Below, one piece after another: positions 19,901 to 34,900 of a stretch of 64,000 bases of DNA. The translations under genes and the position numbers were made by a program. The stretch is taken from positions 1 to 64,000 of the forward strand of contig JAUCBJ010006714.1 in the NCBI GenBank assembly GCA_032718475.1, written 5' to 3'. Source of the DNA: Nemertoderma westbladi. Lineage: Eukaryota; Animalia; Xenacoelomorpha. Below the pieces are notes generated by a model, which had not been told where the DNA came from, did not search any database, and saw only the letters and a list, made by a program, of their open reading frames with translations. How positions within the stretch are numbered: position 1 is the stretch's first letter; each line of letters begins with the position of its first letter.

Positions 19901-22900
19901 GTTTTAGTTTTAGCCACTATCCGTAATGTAACAACGTCTACGCGTTTTAGTTTTAGCCACTAACCGTAATGTAACAACGTCTACGCGTTTTAGTTTTAGC
20001 CACTATCCGTAATGTCACGACGTCTACGCGTTTTAGTTTTAGCCACTATCCGTAATGTAACAACGTCTACGCGTTTTAGTTTTAGCCACTAACCGTAATG
20101 TAACAACGTCTACGCGTTTTAGTTTTAGCCACTATCCGTAATGTCACAACGTCTACGCGTTTTAGTTTTAGCCACTATCCGTAATGTAACAACGTCTACG
20201 TGTTTTAGTTTTAGCCACTATCCGTAATGTAACAACGTCTACGCGTTTTAGTTTTAGCCACTAACCGTAATGTAACAACGTCTACGCGTTTTAGTTTTAG
20301 CCACTAACCGTAATGTAACAACGTCTACGCGTTTTAGTTTTAGCCACTAACCGTAATGTAACAACGTCTACGCGTTTTGTTTTAGCCACTATCCGTAATG
20401 TAACAACGTCTACGCGTTTTAGTTTTAGCCACTATCCGTAATGTAACAACGTCTACGCGTTTTAGTTTTAGCCACTAACCGTAATGTAACAACGTCTACG
20501 CGTTTTAGTTTTAGCCACTAACCGTAATGTAACAACGTCTACGCGTTTTAGTTTTAGCCACTAACCGTAATGTAACAACGTCTACGCGTTTTAGTTTTAG
20601 CCACTATCCGTAATGTAACAACGTCTACGCGTTTTAGTTTTAGCCACTATCCGTAATGTAACGACGTCTACGCGTTTTAGTTTTAGCCACTATCCGTAAT
20701 GTAACAACATCTACGCGTTTTAGTTTTAGCCACTATCCGTAATGTAACAACATCTACGCGTTTTAGTTTTAGCCACTATCCGTAATGTAACAACGTCTAC
20801 GCGTTTTAGTTTTAGCCACTAACCGTAATGTAACAACGTCTACGCGTTTTAGTTTTAGCCACTAACCGTAATGTAACAACGTCTACGCGTTTTAGTTTTA
20901 GCCACTAACCGTAATGTAACAACGTCTACGCGTTTTAGTTTTAGCCACTAACCGTAATGTAACAACGTCTACGCGTTTTAGTTTTAGCCACTAACCGTAA
21001 TGTAACAACGTCTACGCGTTTTAGTTTTAGCCACTAACCGTAATGTAACAACGTCTACGCGTTTTAGTTTTAGCCACTATCCGTAATGTAACAACATCTA
21101 CGCGTTTTAGTTTTAGCCACTATCCGTAATGTAACAACGTCTACGCGTTTTAGTTTTAGCCACTAACCGTAATGTAACAACGTCTACGCGTTTTAGTTTT
21201 AGCCACTATCCGTAATGTAACAACGTCTACGCGTTTTAGTTTTAGCCACTAACCGTAATGTAACAACGTCTACGCGTTTTAGTTTTAGCTACCAACCGTA
21301 ATGTAACAACGTCTACGCGTTTTTGTTTTAGCCACTATCCGTAATGTAACAACGTCTACGCGTTTTTGTTTTAGCCACTATCCGTAATGTAACAACGTCT
21401 ACGCGTTTTAGTTTTAGCCACTATCCGTAATGTAACAACGTCTACGCGTTTTAGTTTTAGCTACCAACCGTAATGTCACAACGTCTACGCGTTTTAGTTT
21501 TAGCCACTATCCGTAATGTAACAACGTCTACGCGTTTTAGTTTTAGCCACTATCCGTAATGTAACAACGTCTACGCGTTTTAGTTTTAGCCACTAACCGT
21601 AATGTAACAACGTCTACGCGTTTTAGTTTTAGCCACTAACCGTAATGTAACAACGTCTACGCGTTTTAGTTTTAGCCACTATCCGTAATGTAACAACGTC
21701 TACGCGTTTTAGTTTTAGCCACTATCCGTAATGTAACAACGTCTACGCGTTTTAGTTTTAGCCACTAACCGTAATGTAACAACGTCTACGCGTTTTAGTT
21801 TTAGCCACTAACCGTAATGTAACAACGTCTACGCGTTTTAGTTTTAGCCACTAACCGTAATGTAACAACGTCTACGCGTTTTAGTTTTAGCCACTAACCG
21901 TAATGTAACAACGTCTACGCGTTTTAGTTTTAGCCACTATCCGTAATGTAACAACGTCTACGCGTTTTAGTTTTAGCCACTATCCGTAATGTAACAACGT
22001 CTACGCGTTTTAGTTTTAGCCACTATCCGTAATGTAACAACGTCTACGCGTTTTAGTTTTAGCCACTATCCGTAATGTAACAACGTCTACGCGTTTTAGT
22101 TTTAGCCACTAACCGTAATGTAACAACGTCTACGCGTTTTAGTTTTAGCCACTAACCGTAATGTAACAACGTCTACGCGTTTTAGTTTTAGCCACTATCC
22201 GTAATGTAACAACATCTACGCGTTTTAGTTTTAGCCACTATCCGTAATGTAACAACGTCTACGCGTTTTAGTTTTAGCCACTATCCGTAATGTAACAACG
22301 TCTACGCGTTTTAGTTTTAGCCACTAACCGTAATGTCACGACGTCTACGCGTTTTAGTTTTAGCCACTAACCGTAATGTCACGACGTCTACGCGTTTTAG
22401 TTTTAGCCACTATCCGTAATGTAACAACGTCTACGCGTTTTAGTTTTAGCCACTATCCGTAATGTAACAACGTCTACGCGTTTTAGTTTTAGCCACTAAC
22501 CGTAATGTCACAACGTCTACGCGTTTTAGTTTTAGCCACTAACCGTAATGTCACGACGTCTACGCGTTTTAGTTTTAGCCACTATCCGTAATGTCACGAC
22601 GTCTACGCGTTTTAGTTTTAGCCACTAACCGTAATGTCACGACGTCTACGCGTTTTAGTTTTAGCCACTATCCGTAATGTAACAACGTCTACGCGTTTTA
22701 GTTTTAGCCACTAACCGTAATGTCACAACGTCTACGCGTTTTAGTTTTAGCCACTATCCGTAATGTAACAACGTCTACGCGTTTTAGTTTTAGCCACTAT
22801 CCGTAATGTCACGACGTCTACGCGTTTTAGTTTTAGCCACTAACCGTAATGTCACGACGTCTACGCGTTTTAGTTTTAGCCACTAACCGTAATGTCACGA

Positions 22901-25900
22901 CGTCTACGCGTTTTAGTTTTAGCCACTATCCGTAATGTAACAACGTCTACGCGTTTTAGTTTTAGCCACTATCCGTAATGTCACGACGTCTACGCGTTTT
23001 AGTTTTAGCCACTAACCGTAATGTCACGACGTCTACGCGTTTTAGTTTTAGCCACTATCCGTAATGTAACAACGTCTACGCGTTTTAGTTTTAGCCACTA
23101 ACCGTAATGTCACAACGTCTACGCGTTTTAGTTTTAGCCACTAACCGTAATGTAACAACATCTACGCGTTTTAGTTTTAGCCACTATCCGTAATGTAACA
23201 ACGTCTACGCGTTTTAGTTTTAGCCACTAACCGTAATGTCACGACGTCTACGCGTTTTAGTTTTAGCCACTATCCGTAATGTAACAACGTCTACGCGTTT
23301 TAGTTTTAGCCACTATCCGTAATGTAACAACGTCTACGCGTTTTAGTTTTAGCCACTAACCGTAATGTCACGACGTCTACGCGTTTTAGTTTTAGCCACT
23401 AACCGTAATGTAACAACGTCTACGCGTTTTAGTTTTAGCCACTATCCGTAATGTAACAACGTCTACGCGTTTTAGTTTTAGCCACTATCCGTAATGTAAC
23501 AACGTCTACGCGTTTTAGTTTTAGCCACTATCCGTAATGTAACAACGTCTACGCGTTTTAGTTTTAGCCACTATCCGTAATGTAACAACGTCTACGCGTT
23601 TTAGTTTTAGCCACTAACCGTAATGTCACGACGTCTACGCGTTTTAGTTTTAGCCACTATCCGTAATGTAACAACGTCTACGCGTTTTAGTTTTAGCCAC
23701 TAACCGTAATGTCACAACGTCTACGCGTTTTAGTTTTAGCCACTAACCGTAATGTCACAACGTCTACGCGTTTTAGTTTTAGCCACTAACCGTAATGTAA
23801 CAACATCTACGCGTTTTAGTTTTAGCCACTATCCGTAATGTAACAACGTCTACGCGTTTTAGTTTTAGCCACTAACCGTAATGTCACGACGTCTACGCGT
23901 TTTAGTTTTAGCCACTATCCGTAATGTAACAACGTCTACGCGTTTTAGTTTTAGCCACTATCCGTAATGTAACAACGTCTACGCGTTTTAGTTTTAGCCA
24001 CTAACCGTAATGTCACGACGTCTACGCGTTTTAGTTTTAGCCACTATCCGTAATGTAACAACGTCTACGCGTTTTAGTTTTAGCCACTATCCGTAATGTA
24101 ACAACGTCTACGCGTTTTAGTTTTAGCCACTATCCGTAATGTAACAACGTCTACGCGTTTTAGTTTTAGCCACTAACCGTAATGTCACAACGTCTACGCG
24201 TTTTAGTTTTAGCCACTAACCGTAATGTCACGACGTCTACGCGTTTTAGTTTTAGCCACTATCCGTAATGTAACAACGTCTACGCGTTTTAGTTTTAGCC
24301 ACTAACCGTAATGTCACAACGTCTACGCGTTTTAGTTTTAGCCACTAACCGTAATGTAACAACATCTACGCGTTTTAGTTTTAGCCACTAACCGTAATGT
24401 AACAACATCTACGCGTTTTAGTTTTAGCCACTATCCGTAATGTAACAACGTCTACGCGTTTTAGTTTTAGCCACTAACCGTAATGTCACGACGTCTACGC
24501 GTTTTAGTTTTAGCCACTATCCGTAATGTAACGACGTCTACGCGTTTTAGTTTTAGCCACTATCCGTAATGTAACAACATCTACGCGTTTTAGTTTTAGC
24601 CACTATCCGTAATGTCACAACGTCTACGCGTTTTAGTTTTAGCCACTAACCGTAATGTCACAACGTCTACGCGTTTTAGTTTTAGCCACTAACCGTAATG
24701 TCACAACGTCTACGCGTTTTAGTTTTAGCCACTATCCGTAATGTAACAACGTCTACGCGTTTTAGTTTTAGCCACTAACCGTAATGTCACGACGTCTACG
24801 CGTTTTAGTTTTAGCCACTAACCGTAATGTCACGACGTCTACGCGTTTTAGTTTTAGCCACTAACCGTAATGTCACAACGTCTACGCGTTTTAGTTTTAG
24901 CCACTAACCGTAATGTAACAACATCTACGCGTTTTAGTTTTAGCCACTAACCGTAATGTCACAACGTCTACGCGTTTTAGTTTTAGCCACTAACCGTAAT
25001 GTAACAACATCTACGCGTTTTAGTTTTAGCCACTAACCGTAATGTAACAACATCTACGCGTTTTAGTTTTAGCCACTATCCGTAATGTCACAACGTCTAC
25101 GCGTTTTAGTTTTAGCCACTATCCGTAATGTAACAACATCTACGCGTTTTAGTTTTAGCCACTATCCGTAATGTAACAACGTCTACGCGTTTTAGTTTTA
25201 GCCACTAACCGTAATGTCACGACGTCTACGCGTTTTAGTTTTAGCCACTAACCGTAATGTCACGACGTCTACGCGTTTTAGTTTTAGCCACTAACCGTAA
25301 TGTCACAACGTCTACGCGTTTTAGTTTTAGCCACTAACCGTAATGTAACAACATCTACGCGTTTTAGTTTTAGCCACTAACCGTAATGTCACAACGTCTA
25401 CGCGTTTTAGTTTTAGCCACTAACCGTAATGTAACAACATCTACGCGTTTTAGTTTTAGCCACTAACCGTAATGTAACAACATCTACGCGTTTTAGTTTT
25501 AGCCACTATCCGTAATGTCACAACGTCTACGCGTTTTAGTTTTAGCCACTATCCGTAATGTAACAACATCTACGCGTTTTAGTTTTAGCCACTATCCGTA
25601 ATGTAACAACGTCTACGCGTTTTAGTTTTAGCCACTAACCGTAATGTCACGACGTCTACGCGTTTTAGTTTTAGCCACTAACCGTAATGTCACGACGTCT
25701 ACGCGTTTTAGTTTTAGCCACTAACCGTAATGTCACAACGTCTACGCGTTTTAGTTTTAGCCACTATCCGTAATGTAACAACGTCTACGCGTTTTAGTTT
25801 TAGCCACTAACCGTAATGTCACAACGTCTACGCGTTTTAGTTTTAGCCACTAACCGTAATGTAACAACATCTACGCGTTTTAGTTTTAGCCACTAACCGT

Positions 25901-28900
25901 AATGTAACAACGTCTACGCGTTTTAGTTTTAGCCACTATCCGTAATGTAACAACGTCTACGCGTTTTAGTTTTAGCCACTAACCGTAATGTAACAACGTC
26001 TACGCGTTTTAGTTTTAGCCACTAACCGTAATGTAACAACGTCTACGCGTTTTAGTTTTAGCCACTAACCGTAATGTAACAACGTCTACGCGTTTTAGTT
26101 TTAGCCACTATCCGTAATGTAACAACATCTACGCGTTTTAGTTTTAGCCACTATCCGTAATGTAACAACGTCTACGCGTTTTAGTTTTAGCCACTAACCG
26201 TAATGTAACAACGTCTACGCGTTTTAGTTTTAGCCACTAACCGTAATGTAACAACGTCTACGCGTTTTAGTTTTAGCCACTATCCGTAATGTAACAACAT
26301 CTACGCGTTTTAGTTTTAGCCACTAACCGTAATGTAACAACATCTACGCGTTTTAGTTTTAGCCACTAACCGTAATGTAACAACGTCTACGCGTTTTAGT
26401 TTTAGCCACTATCCGTAATGTAACAACATCTACGCGTTTTAGTTTTAGCCACTATCCGTAATGTAACAACGTCTACGCGTTTTAGTTTTAGCCACTAACC
26501 GTAATGTCACAACATCTACGCGTTTTAGTTTTAGCCACTATCCGTAATGTCACAACGTCTACGCGTTTTAGTTTTAGCCACTAACCGTAATGTAACAACA
26601 TCTACGCGTTTTAGTTTTAGCCACTATCCGTAATGTAACAACGTCTACGCGTTTTAGTTTTAGCCACTATCCGTAATGTCACAACGTCTACGCGTTTTAG
26701 TTTTAGCCACTAACCGTAATGTCACAACGTCTACGCGTTTTAGTTTTAGCCACTATCCGTAATGTAACAACATCTACGCGTTTTAGTTTTAGCCACTATC
26801 CGTAATGTAACAACGTCTACGCGTTTTAGTTTTAGCCACTATCCGTAATGTAACAACGTCTACGCGTTTTAGTTTTAGCCACTAACCGTAATGTCACAAC
26901 GTCTACGCGTTTTAGTTTTAGCCACTAACCGTAATGTAACAACATCTACGCGTTTTAGTTTTAGCCACTATCCGTAATGTAACAACGTCTACGCGTTTTA
27001 GTTTTAGCCACTAACCGTAATGTCACAACGTCTACGCGTTTTAGTTTTAGCCACTATCCGTAATGTAACAACGTCTACGCGTTTTAGTTTTAGCCACTAA
27101 CCGTAATGTCACAACGTCTACGCGTTTTAGTTTTAGCCACTAACCGTAATGTCACAACGTCTACGCGTTTTAGTTTTAGCCACTAACCGTAATGTAACAA
27201 CATCTACGCGTTTTAGTTTTAGCCACTAACCGTAATGTCCCAACGTCTACGCGTTTTAGTTTTAGCCACTAACCGTAATGTCACAACGTCTACGCGTTTT
27301 AGTTTTAGCCACTATCCGTAATGTAACAACGTCTACGCGTTTTAGTTTTAGCCACTAACCGTAATGTCACAACGTCTACGCGTTTTAGTTTTAGCCACTA
27401 ACCGTAATGTAACAACATCTACGCGTTTTAGTTTTAGCCACTATCCGTAATGTAACAACGTCTACGCGTTTTAGTTTTAGCCACTAACCGTAATGTAACA
27501 ACATCTACGCGTTTTAGTTTTAGCCACTATCCGTAATGTAACAACGTCTACGCGTTTTAGTTTTAGCCACTAACCGTAATGTCACGACGTCTACGCGTTT
27601 TAGTTTTAGCCACTAACCGTAATGTAACAACGTCTACGCGTTTTAGTTTTAGCCACTAACCGTAATGTAACAACATCTACGCGTTTTAGTTTTAGCCACT
27701 ATCCGTAATGTAACAACGTCTACGCGTTTTAGTTTTAGCCACTATCCGTAATGTAACAACGTCTACGCGTTTTAGTTTTAGCCACTATCCGTAATGTAAC
27801 AACGTCTACGCGTTTTAGTTTTAGCCACTATCCGTAATGTAACAACGTCTACGCGTTTTAGTTTTAGCCACTAACCGTAATGTAACAACATCTACGCGTT
27901 TTAGTTTTAGCCACTATCCGTAATGTAACAACGTCTACGCGTTTTAGTTTTAGCCACTAACCGTAATGTCACGACGTCTACGCGTTTTAGTTTTAGCCAC
28001 TAACCGTAATGTCACAACGTCTACGCGTTTTAGTTTTAGCCACTAACCGTAATGTAACAACATCTACGCGTTTTAGTTTTAGCCACTATCCGTAATGTAA
28101 CAACGTCTACGCGTTTTAGTTTTAGCCACTAACCGTAATGTCACAACGTCTACGCGTTTTAGTTTTAGCCACTATCCGTAATGTAACAACGTCTACGCGT
28201 TTTAGTTTTAGCCACTAACCGTAATGTCACAACGTCTACGCGTTTTAGTTTTAGCCACTAACCGTAATGTCACGACGTCTACGCGTTTTAGTTTTAGCCA
28301 CTAACCGTAATGTCACAACGTCTACGCGTTTTAGTTTTAGCCACTAACCGTAATGTCACGACGTCTACGCGTTTTAGTTTTAGCCACTATCCGTAATGTA
28401 ACAACGTCTACGCGTTTTAGTTTTAGCCACTATCCGTAATGTAACAACATCTACGCGTTTTAGTTTTAGCCACTATCCGTAATGTAACAACGTCTACGCG
28501 TTTTAGTTTTAGCCACTAACCGTAATGTAACAACGTCTACGCGTTTTAGTTTTAGCTACCAACCGTAATGTCACGACGTCTACGCGTTTTAGTTTTAGCC
28601 ACTATCCGTAATGTAACAACGTCTACGCGTTTTAGTTTTAGCCACTAACCGTAATGTAACAACATCTACGCGTTTTAGTTTTAGCCACTATCCGTAATGT
28701 AACAACGTCTACGCGTTTTAGTTTTAGCCACTAACCGTAATGTCACAACGTCTACGCGTTTTAGTTTTAGCCACTATCCGTAATGTAACAACGTCTACGC
28801 GTTTTAGTTTTAGCCACTAACCGTAATGTAACAACATCTACGCGTTTTAGTTTTAGCCACTATCCGTAATGTAACAACGTCTACGCGTTTTAGTTTTAGC

Positions 28901-31900
28901 CACTAACCGTAATGTCACGACGTCTACGCGTTTTAGTTTTAGCCACTAACCGTAATGTCACAACGTCTACGCGTTTTAGTTTTAGCCACTAACCGTAATG
29001 TCACAACGTCTACGCGTTTTAGTTTTAGCCACTAACCGTAATGTAACAACATCTACGCGTTTTAGTTTTAGCCACTATCCGTAATGTCACAACGTCTACG
29101 CGTTTTAGTTTTAGCCACTAACCGTAATGTAACAACATCTACGCGTTTTAGTTTTAGCCACTAACCGTAATGTCACAACATCTACGCGTTTTAGTTTTAG
29201 CCACTATCCGTAATGTAACAACGTCTACGCGTTTTAGTTTTAGCCACTAACCGTAATGTCACAACATCTACGCGTTTTAGTTTTAGCCACTATCCGTAAT
29301 GTAACAACGTCTACGCGTTTTAGTTTTAGCTACCAACCGTAATGTAACAACGTCTACGCGTTTTAGTTTTAGCCACTAACCGTAATGTCACAACGTCTAC
29401 GCGTTTTAGTTTTAGCCACTAACCGTAATGTCACGACGTCTACGCGTTTTAGTTTTAGCCACTATCCGTAATGTAACAACGTCTACGCGTTTTAGTTTTA
29501 GCCACTAACCGTAATGTCACAACGTCTACGCGTTTTAGTTTTAGCCACTAACCGTAATGTCACGACGTCTACGCGTTTTAGTTTTAGCCACTATCCGTAA
29601 TGTAACAACATCTACGCGTTTTAGTTTTAGCCACTATCCGTAATGTAACAACGTCTACGCGTTTTAGTTTTAGCCACTAACCGTAATGTAACAACATCTA
29701 CGCGTTTTAGTTTTAGCCACTAACCGTAATGTAACAACATCTACGCGTTTTAGTTTTAGCCACTAACCGTAATGTCACAACGTCTACGCGTTTTAGTTTT
29801 AGCCACTAACCGTAATGTCACAACATCTACGCGTTTTAGTTTTAGCCACTAACCGTAATGTCCCAACGTCTACGCGTTTTAGTTTTAGCCACTATCCGTA
29901 ATGTAACAACGTCTACGCGTTTTAGTTTTAGCCACTATCCGTAATGTCACAACGTCTACGCGTTTTAGTTTTAGCCACTAACCGTAATGTCACAACATCT
30001 ACGCGTTTTAGTTTTAGCCACTAACCGTAATGTAACAACATCTACGCGTTTTAGTTTTAGCCACTATCCGTAATGTAACAACGTCTACGCGTTTTAGTTT
30101 TAGCCACTAACCGTAATGTCACAACGTCTACGCGTTTTAGTTTTAGCCACTAACCGTAATGTCACGACGTCTACGCGTTTTAGTTTTAGCCACTAACCGT
30201 AATGTCACAACGTCTACGCGTTTTAGTTTTAGCCACTATCCGTAATGTCCCAACGTCTACGCGTTTTAGTTTTAGCCACTAACCGTAATGTAACAACATC
30301 TACGCGTTTTAGTTTTAGCCACTAACCGTAATGTAACAACATCTACGCGTTTTAGTTTTAGCCACTATCCGTAATGTAACAACGTCTACGCGTTTTAGTT
30401 TTAGCCACTAACCGTAATGTCACAACGTCTACGCGTTTTAGTTTTAGCCACTAACCGTAATGTCACGACGTCTACGCGTTTTAGTTTTAGCCACTATCCG
30501 TAATGTCCCAACGTCTACGCGTTTTAGTTTTAGCCACTAACCGTAATGTCACAACGTCTACGCGTTTTAGTTTTAGCCACTAACCGTAATGTCACAACGT
30601 CTACGCGTTTTAGTTTTAGCCACTAACCGTAATGTCACGACGTCTACGCGTTTTAGTTTTAGCCACTATCCGTAATGTCCCAACGTCTACGCGTTTTAGT
30701 TTTAGCCACTAACCGTAATGTCACGACGTCTACGCGTTTTAGTTTTAGCCACTAACCGTAATGTCACGACGTCTACGCGTTTTAGTTTTAGCCACTATCC
30801 GTAATGTCCCAACGTCTACGCGTTTTAGTTTTAGCCACTAACCGTAATGTCACAACGTCTACGCGTTTTAGTTTTAGCCACTAACCGTAATGTCACGACG
30901 TCAACGCCTTTTAGTTTTAGCCACTATCCGTAATGTCCCAACGTCTACGCGTTTTAGTTTTAGCCACTAACCGTAATGTCACAACGTCTACGCGTTTTAG
31001 TTTTAGCCACTAACCGTAATGTCACGACGTCTACGCGTTTTAGTTTTAGCCACTAACCGTAATGTCACGACGTCTACGCGTTTTAGTTTTAGCCACTATC
31101 CGTAATGTCCCAACGTCTACGCGTTTTAGTTTTAGCCACTAACCGTAATGTCACAACGTCTACGCGTTTTAGTTTTAGCCACTAACCGTAATGTCACGAC
31201 GTCTACGCGTTTTAGTTTTAGCCACTATCCGTAATGTCCCAACGTCTACGCGTTTTAGTTTTAGCCACTAACCGTAATGTCACAACGTCTACGCGTTTTA
31301 GTTTTAGCCACTAACCGTAATGTCACGACGTCTACGCGTTTTAGTTTTAGCCACTAACCGTAATGTAACAACGTCTACGCGTTTTAGTTTTAGCCACTAT
31401 CCGTAATGTAACAACGTCTACGCGTTTTAGTTTTAGCCACTAACCGTAATGTCACAACGTCTACGCGTTTTAGTTTTAGCCACTAACCGTAATGTCACGA
31501 CGTCTACGCGTTTTAGTTTTAGCCACTATCCGTAATGTCCCAACGTCTACGCGTTTTAGTTTTAGCCACTAACCGTAATGTCACAACGTCTACGCGTTTT
31601 AGTTTTAGCCACTAACCGTAATGTCACAACGTCTACGCGTTTTAGTTTTAGCCACTAACCGTAATGTCACGACGTCTACGCGTTTTAGTTTTAGCCACTA
31701 TCCGTAATGTCACAACGTCTACGCGTTTTAGTTTTAGCCACTAACCGTAATGTCACAACGTCTACGCGTTTTAGTTTTAGCCACTAACCGTAATGTCACG
31801 ACGTCTACGCGTTTTAGTTTTAGCCACTATCCGTAATGTCACAACGTCTACGCGTTTTAGTTTTAGCCACTAACCGTAATGTCACAACGTCTACGCGTTT

Positions 31901-34900
31901 TAGTTTTAGCCACTAACCGTAATGTCACGACGTCTACGCGTTTTAGTTTTAGCCACTATCCGTAATGTCACAACGTCTACGCGTTTTAGTTTTAGCCACT
32001 AACCGTAATGTCACAACGTCTACGCGTTTTAGTTTTAGCCACTAACCGTAATGTCACGACGTCTACGCGTTTTAGTTTTAGCCACTAACCGTAATGTCAC
32101 AACGTCTACGCGTTTTAGTTTTAGCCACTATCCGTAATGTCACAACGTCTACGCGTTTTAGTTTTAGCCACTAACCGTAATGTCACAACGTCTACGCGTT
32201 TTAGTTTTAGCCACTAACCGTAATGTCACGACGTCTACGCGTTTTAGTTTTAGCCACTATCCGTAATGTCACAACGTCTACGCGTTTTAGTTTTAGCCAC
32301 TAACCGTAATGTCACAACGTCTACGCGTTTTAGTTTTAGCCACTAACCGTAATGTCACGACGTCTACGCGTTTTAGTTTTAGCCACTAACCGTAATGTCA
32401 CGACGTCTACGCGTTTTAGTTTTAGCCACTATCCGTAATGTCACAACGTCTACGCGTTTTAGTTTTAGCCACTAACCGTAATGTCACAACGTCTACGCGT
32501 TTTAGTTTTAGCCACTAACCGTAATGTCACGACGTCTACGCGTTTTAGTTTTAGCCACTAACCGTAATGTCACAACGTCTACGCGTTTTAGTTTTAGCCA
32601 CTAACCGTAATGTCACAACGTCTACGCGTTTTAGTTTTAGCTACTAACCGTAATGTCACGACATCTACGCGTTTTAGTTTTAGCCACTAACCGTAATGTC
32701 ACAACGTCTACGCGTTTTAGTTTTAGCCACTAACCGTAATGTCACAACGTCTACGCGTTTTAGTTTTAGCCACTAACCGTAATGTCACGACGTCTACGCG
32801 TTTTAGTTTTAGCCACTAACCGTAATGTCACGACGTCTACGCGTTTTAGTTTTAGCCACTAACCGTAATGTCACGACGTCTACGCGTTTTAGTTTTAGCC
32901 ACTAACCGTAATGTCACAACGTCTACGCGTTTTAGTTTTAGCCACTAACCGTAATGTCACGACGTCTACGCGTTTTAGTTTTAGCCACTATCCGTAATGT
33001 CACAACGTCTACGCGTTTTAGTTTTAGCCACTAACCGTAATGTCACAACGTCTACGCGTTTTAGTTTTAGCCACTAACCGTAATGTCACGACGTCTACGC
33101 GTTTTAGTTTTAGCCACTAACCGTAATGTCACGACGTCTACGCGTTTTAGTTTTAGCCACTAACCGTAATGTCACAACGTCTACGCGTTTTAGTTTTAGC
33201 TACCAACCGTAATGTCACGACATCAACGCCTTTTAGTTTTAGCCACTAACCGTAATGTCACGACATCAACGCCTTTTAGTTTTAGCCACTAACCGTAATG
33301 TCACGACGTCTACGCCTTTTAGTTTTAGCCACTAACCGTAATGTCACGACGTCTACGCGTTTTAGTTTTAGCCACTAACCGTAATGTCACGACGTCTACG
33401 CGTTTTAGTTTTAGCCACTATCCGTAATGTAACAACGTCTACGCGTTTTAGTTTTAGCCACTAACCGTAATGTCACAACGTCTACGCGTTTTAGTTTTAG
33501 CCACTAACCGTAATGTCACGACGTCTACGCGTTTTAGTTTTAGCCACTATCCGTAATGTAACAACGTCTACGCGTTTTAGTTTTAGCCACTATCCGTAAT
33601 GTCACGACGTCTACGCGTTTTAGTTTTAGCCACTAACCGTAATGTCACGACGTCTACGCGTTTTAGTTTTAGCCACTATCCGTAATGTAACAACGTCTAC
33701 GCGTTTTAGTTTTAGCCACTAACCGTAATGTCACAACGTCTACGCGTTTTAGTTTTAGCCACTAACCGTAATGTCACGACGTCTACGCGTTTTAGTTTTA
33801 GCCACTATCCGTAATGTCACGACGTCTACGCGTTTTAGTTTTAGCCACTATCCGTAATGTAACAACGTCTACGCGTTTTAGTTTTAGCCACTAACCGTAA
33901 TGTCACAACGTCTACGCGTTTTAGTTTTAGCCACTAACCGTAATGTCACGACGTCTACGCGTTTTAGTTTTAGCCACTATCCGTAATGTCACGACGTCTA
34001 CGCGTTTTAGTTTTAGCCACTAACCGTAATGTCACAACGTCTACGCGTTTTAGTTTTAGCCACTAACCGTAATGTCACGACGTCTACGCGTTTTAGTTTT
34101 AGCCACTATCCGTAATGTAACAACGTCTACGCGTTTTAGTTTTAGCCACTATCCGTAATGTCACGACGTCTACGCGTTTTAGTTTTAGCCACTAACCGTA
34201 ATGTCACGACGTCTACGCGTTTTAGTTTTAGCCACTATCCGTAATGTAACAACGTCTACGCGTTTTAGTTTTAGCCACTAACCGTAATGTCACAACGTCT
34301 ACGCGTTTTAGTTTTAGCCACTAACCGTAATGTCACGACGTCTACGCGTTTTAGTTTTAGCCACTAACCGTAATGTCACAACGTCTACGCGTTTTAGTTT
34401 TAGCCACTAACCGTAATGTCACGACGTCTACGCGTTTTAGTTTTAGCCACTATCCGTAATGTAACAACGTCTACGCGTTTTAGTTTTAGCCACTATCCGT
34501 AATGTCACGACGTCTACGCGTTTTAGTTTTAGCCACTAACCGTAATGTCACGACGTCTACGCGTTTTAGTTTTAGCCACTATCCGTAATGTAACAACGTC
34601 TACGCGTTTTAGTTTTAGCCACTAACCGTAATGTCACAACGTCTACGCGTTTTAGTTTTAGCCACTAACCGTAATGTCACGACGTCTACGCGTTTTAGTT
34701 TTAGCCACTATCCGTAATGTCACGACGTCTACGCGTTTTAGTTTTAGCCACTATCCGTAATGTAACAACGTCTACGCGTTTTAGTTTTAGCCACTATCCG
34801 TAATGTCACAACGTCTACGCGTTTTAGTTTTAGCCACTAACCGTAATGTCACGACGTCTACGCGTTTTAGTTTTAGCCACTATCCGTAATGTAACAACGT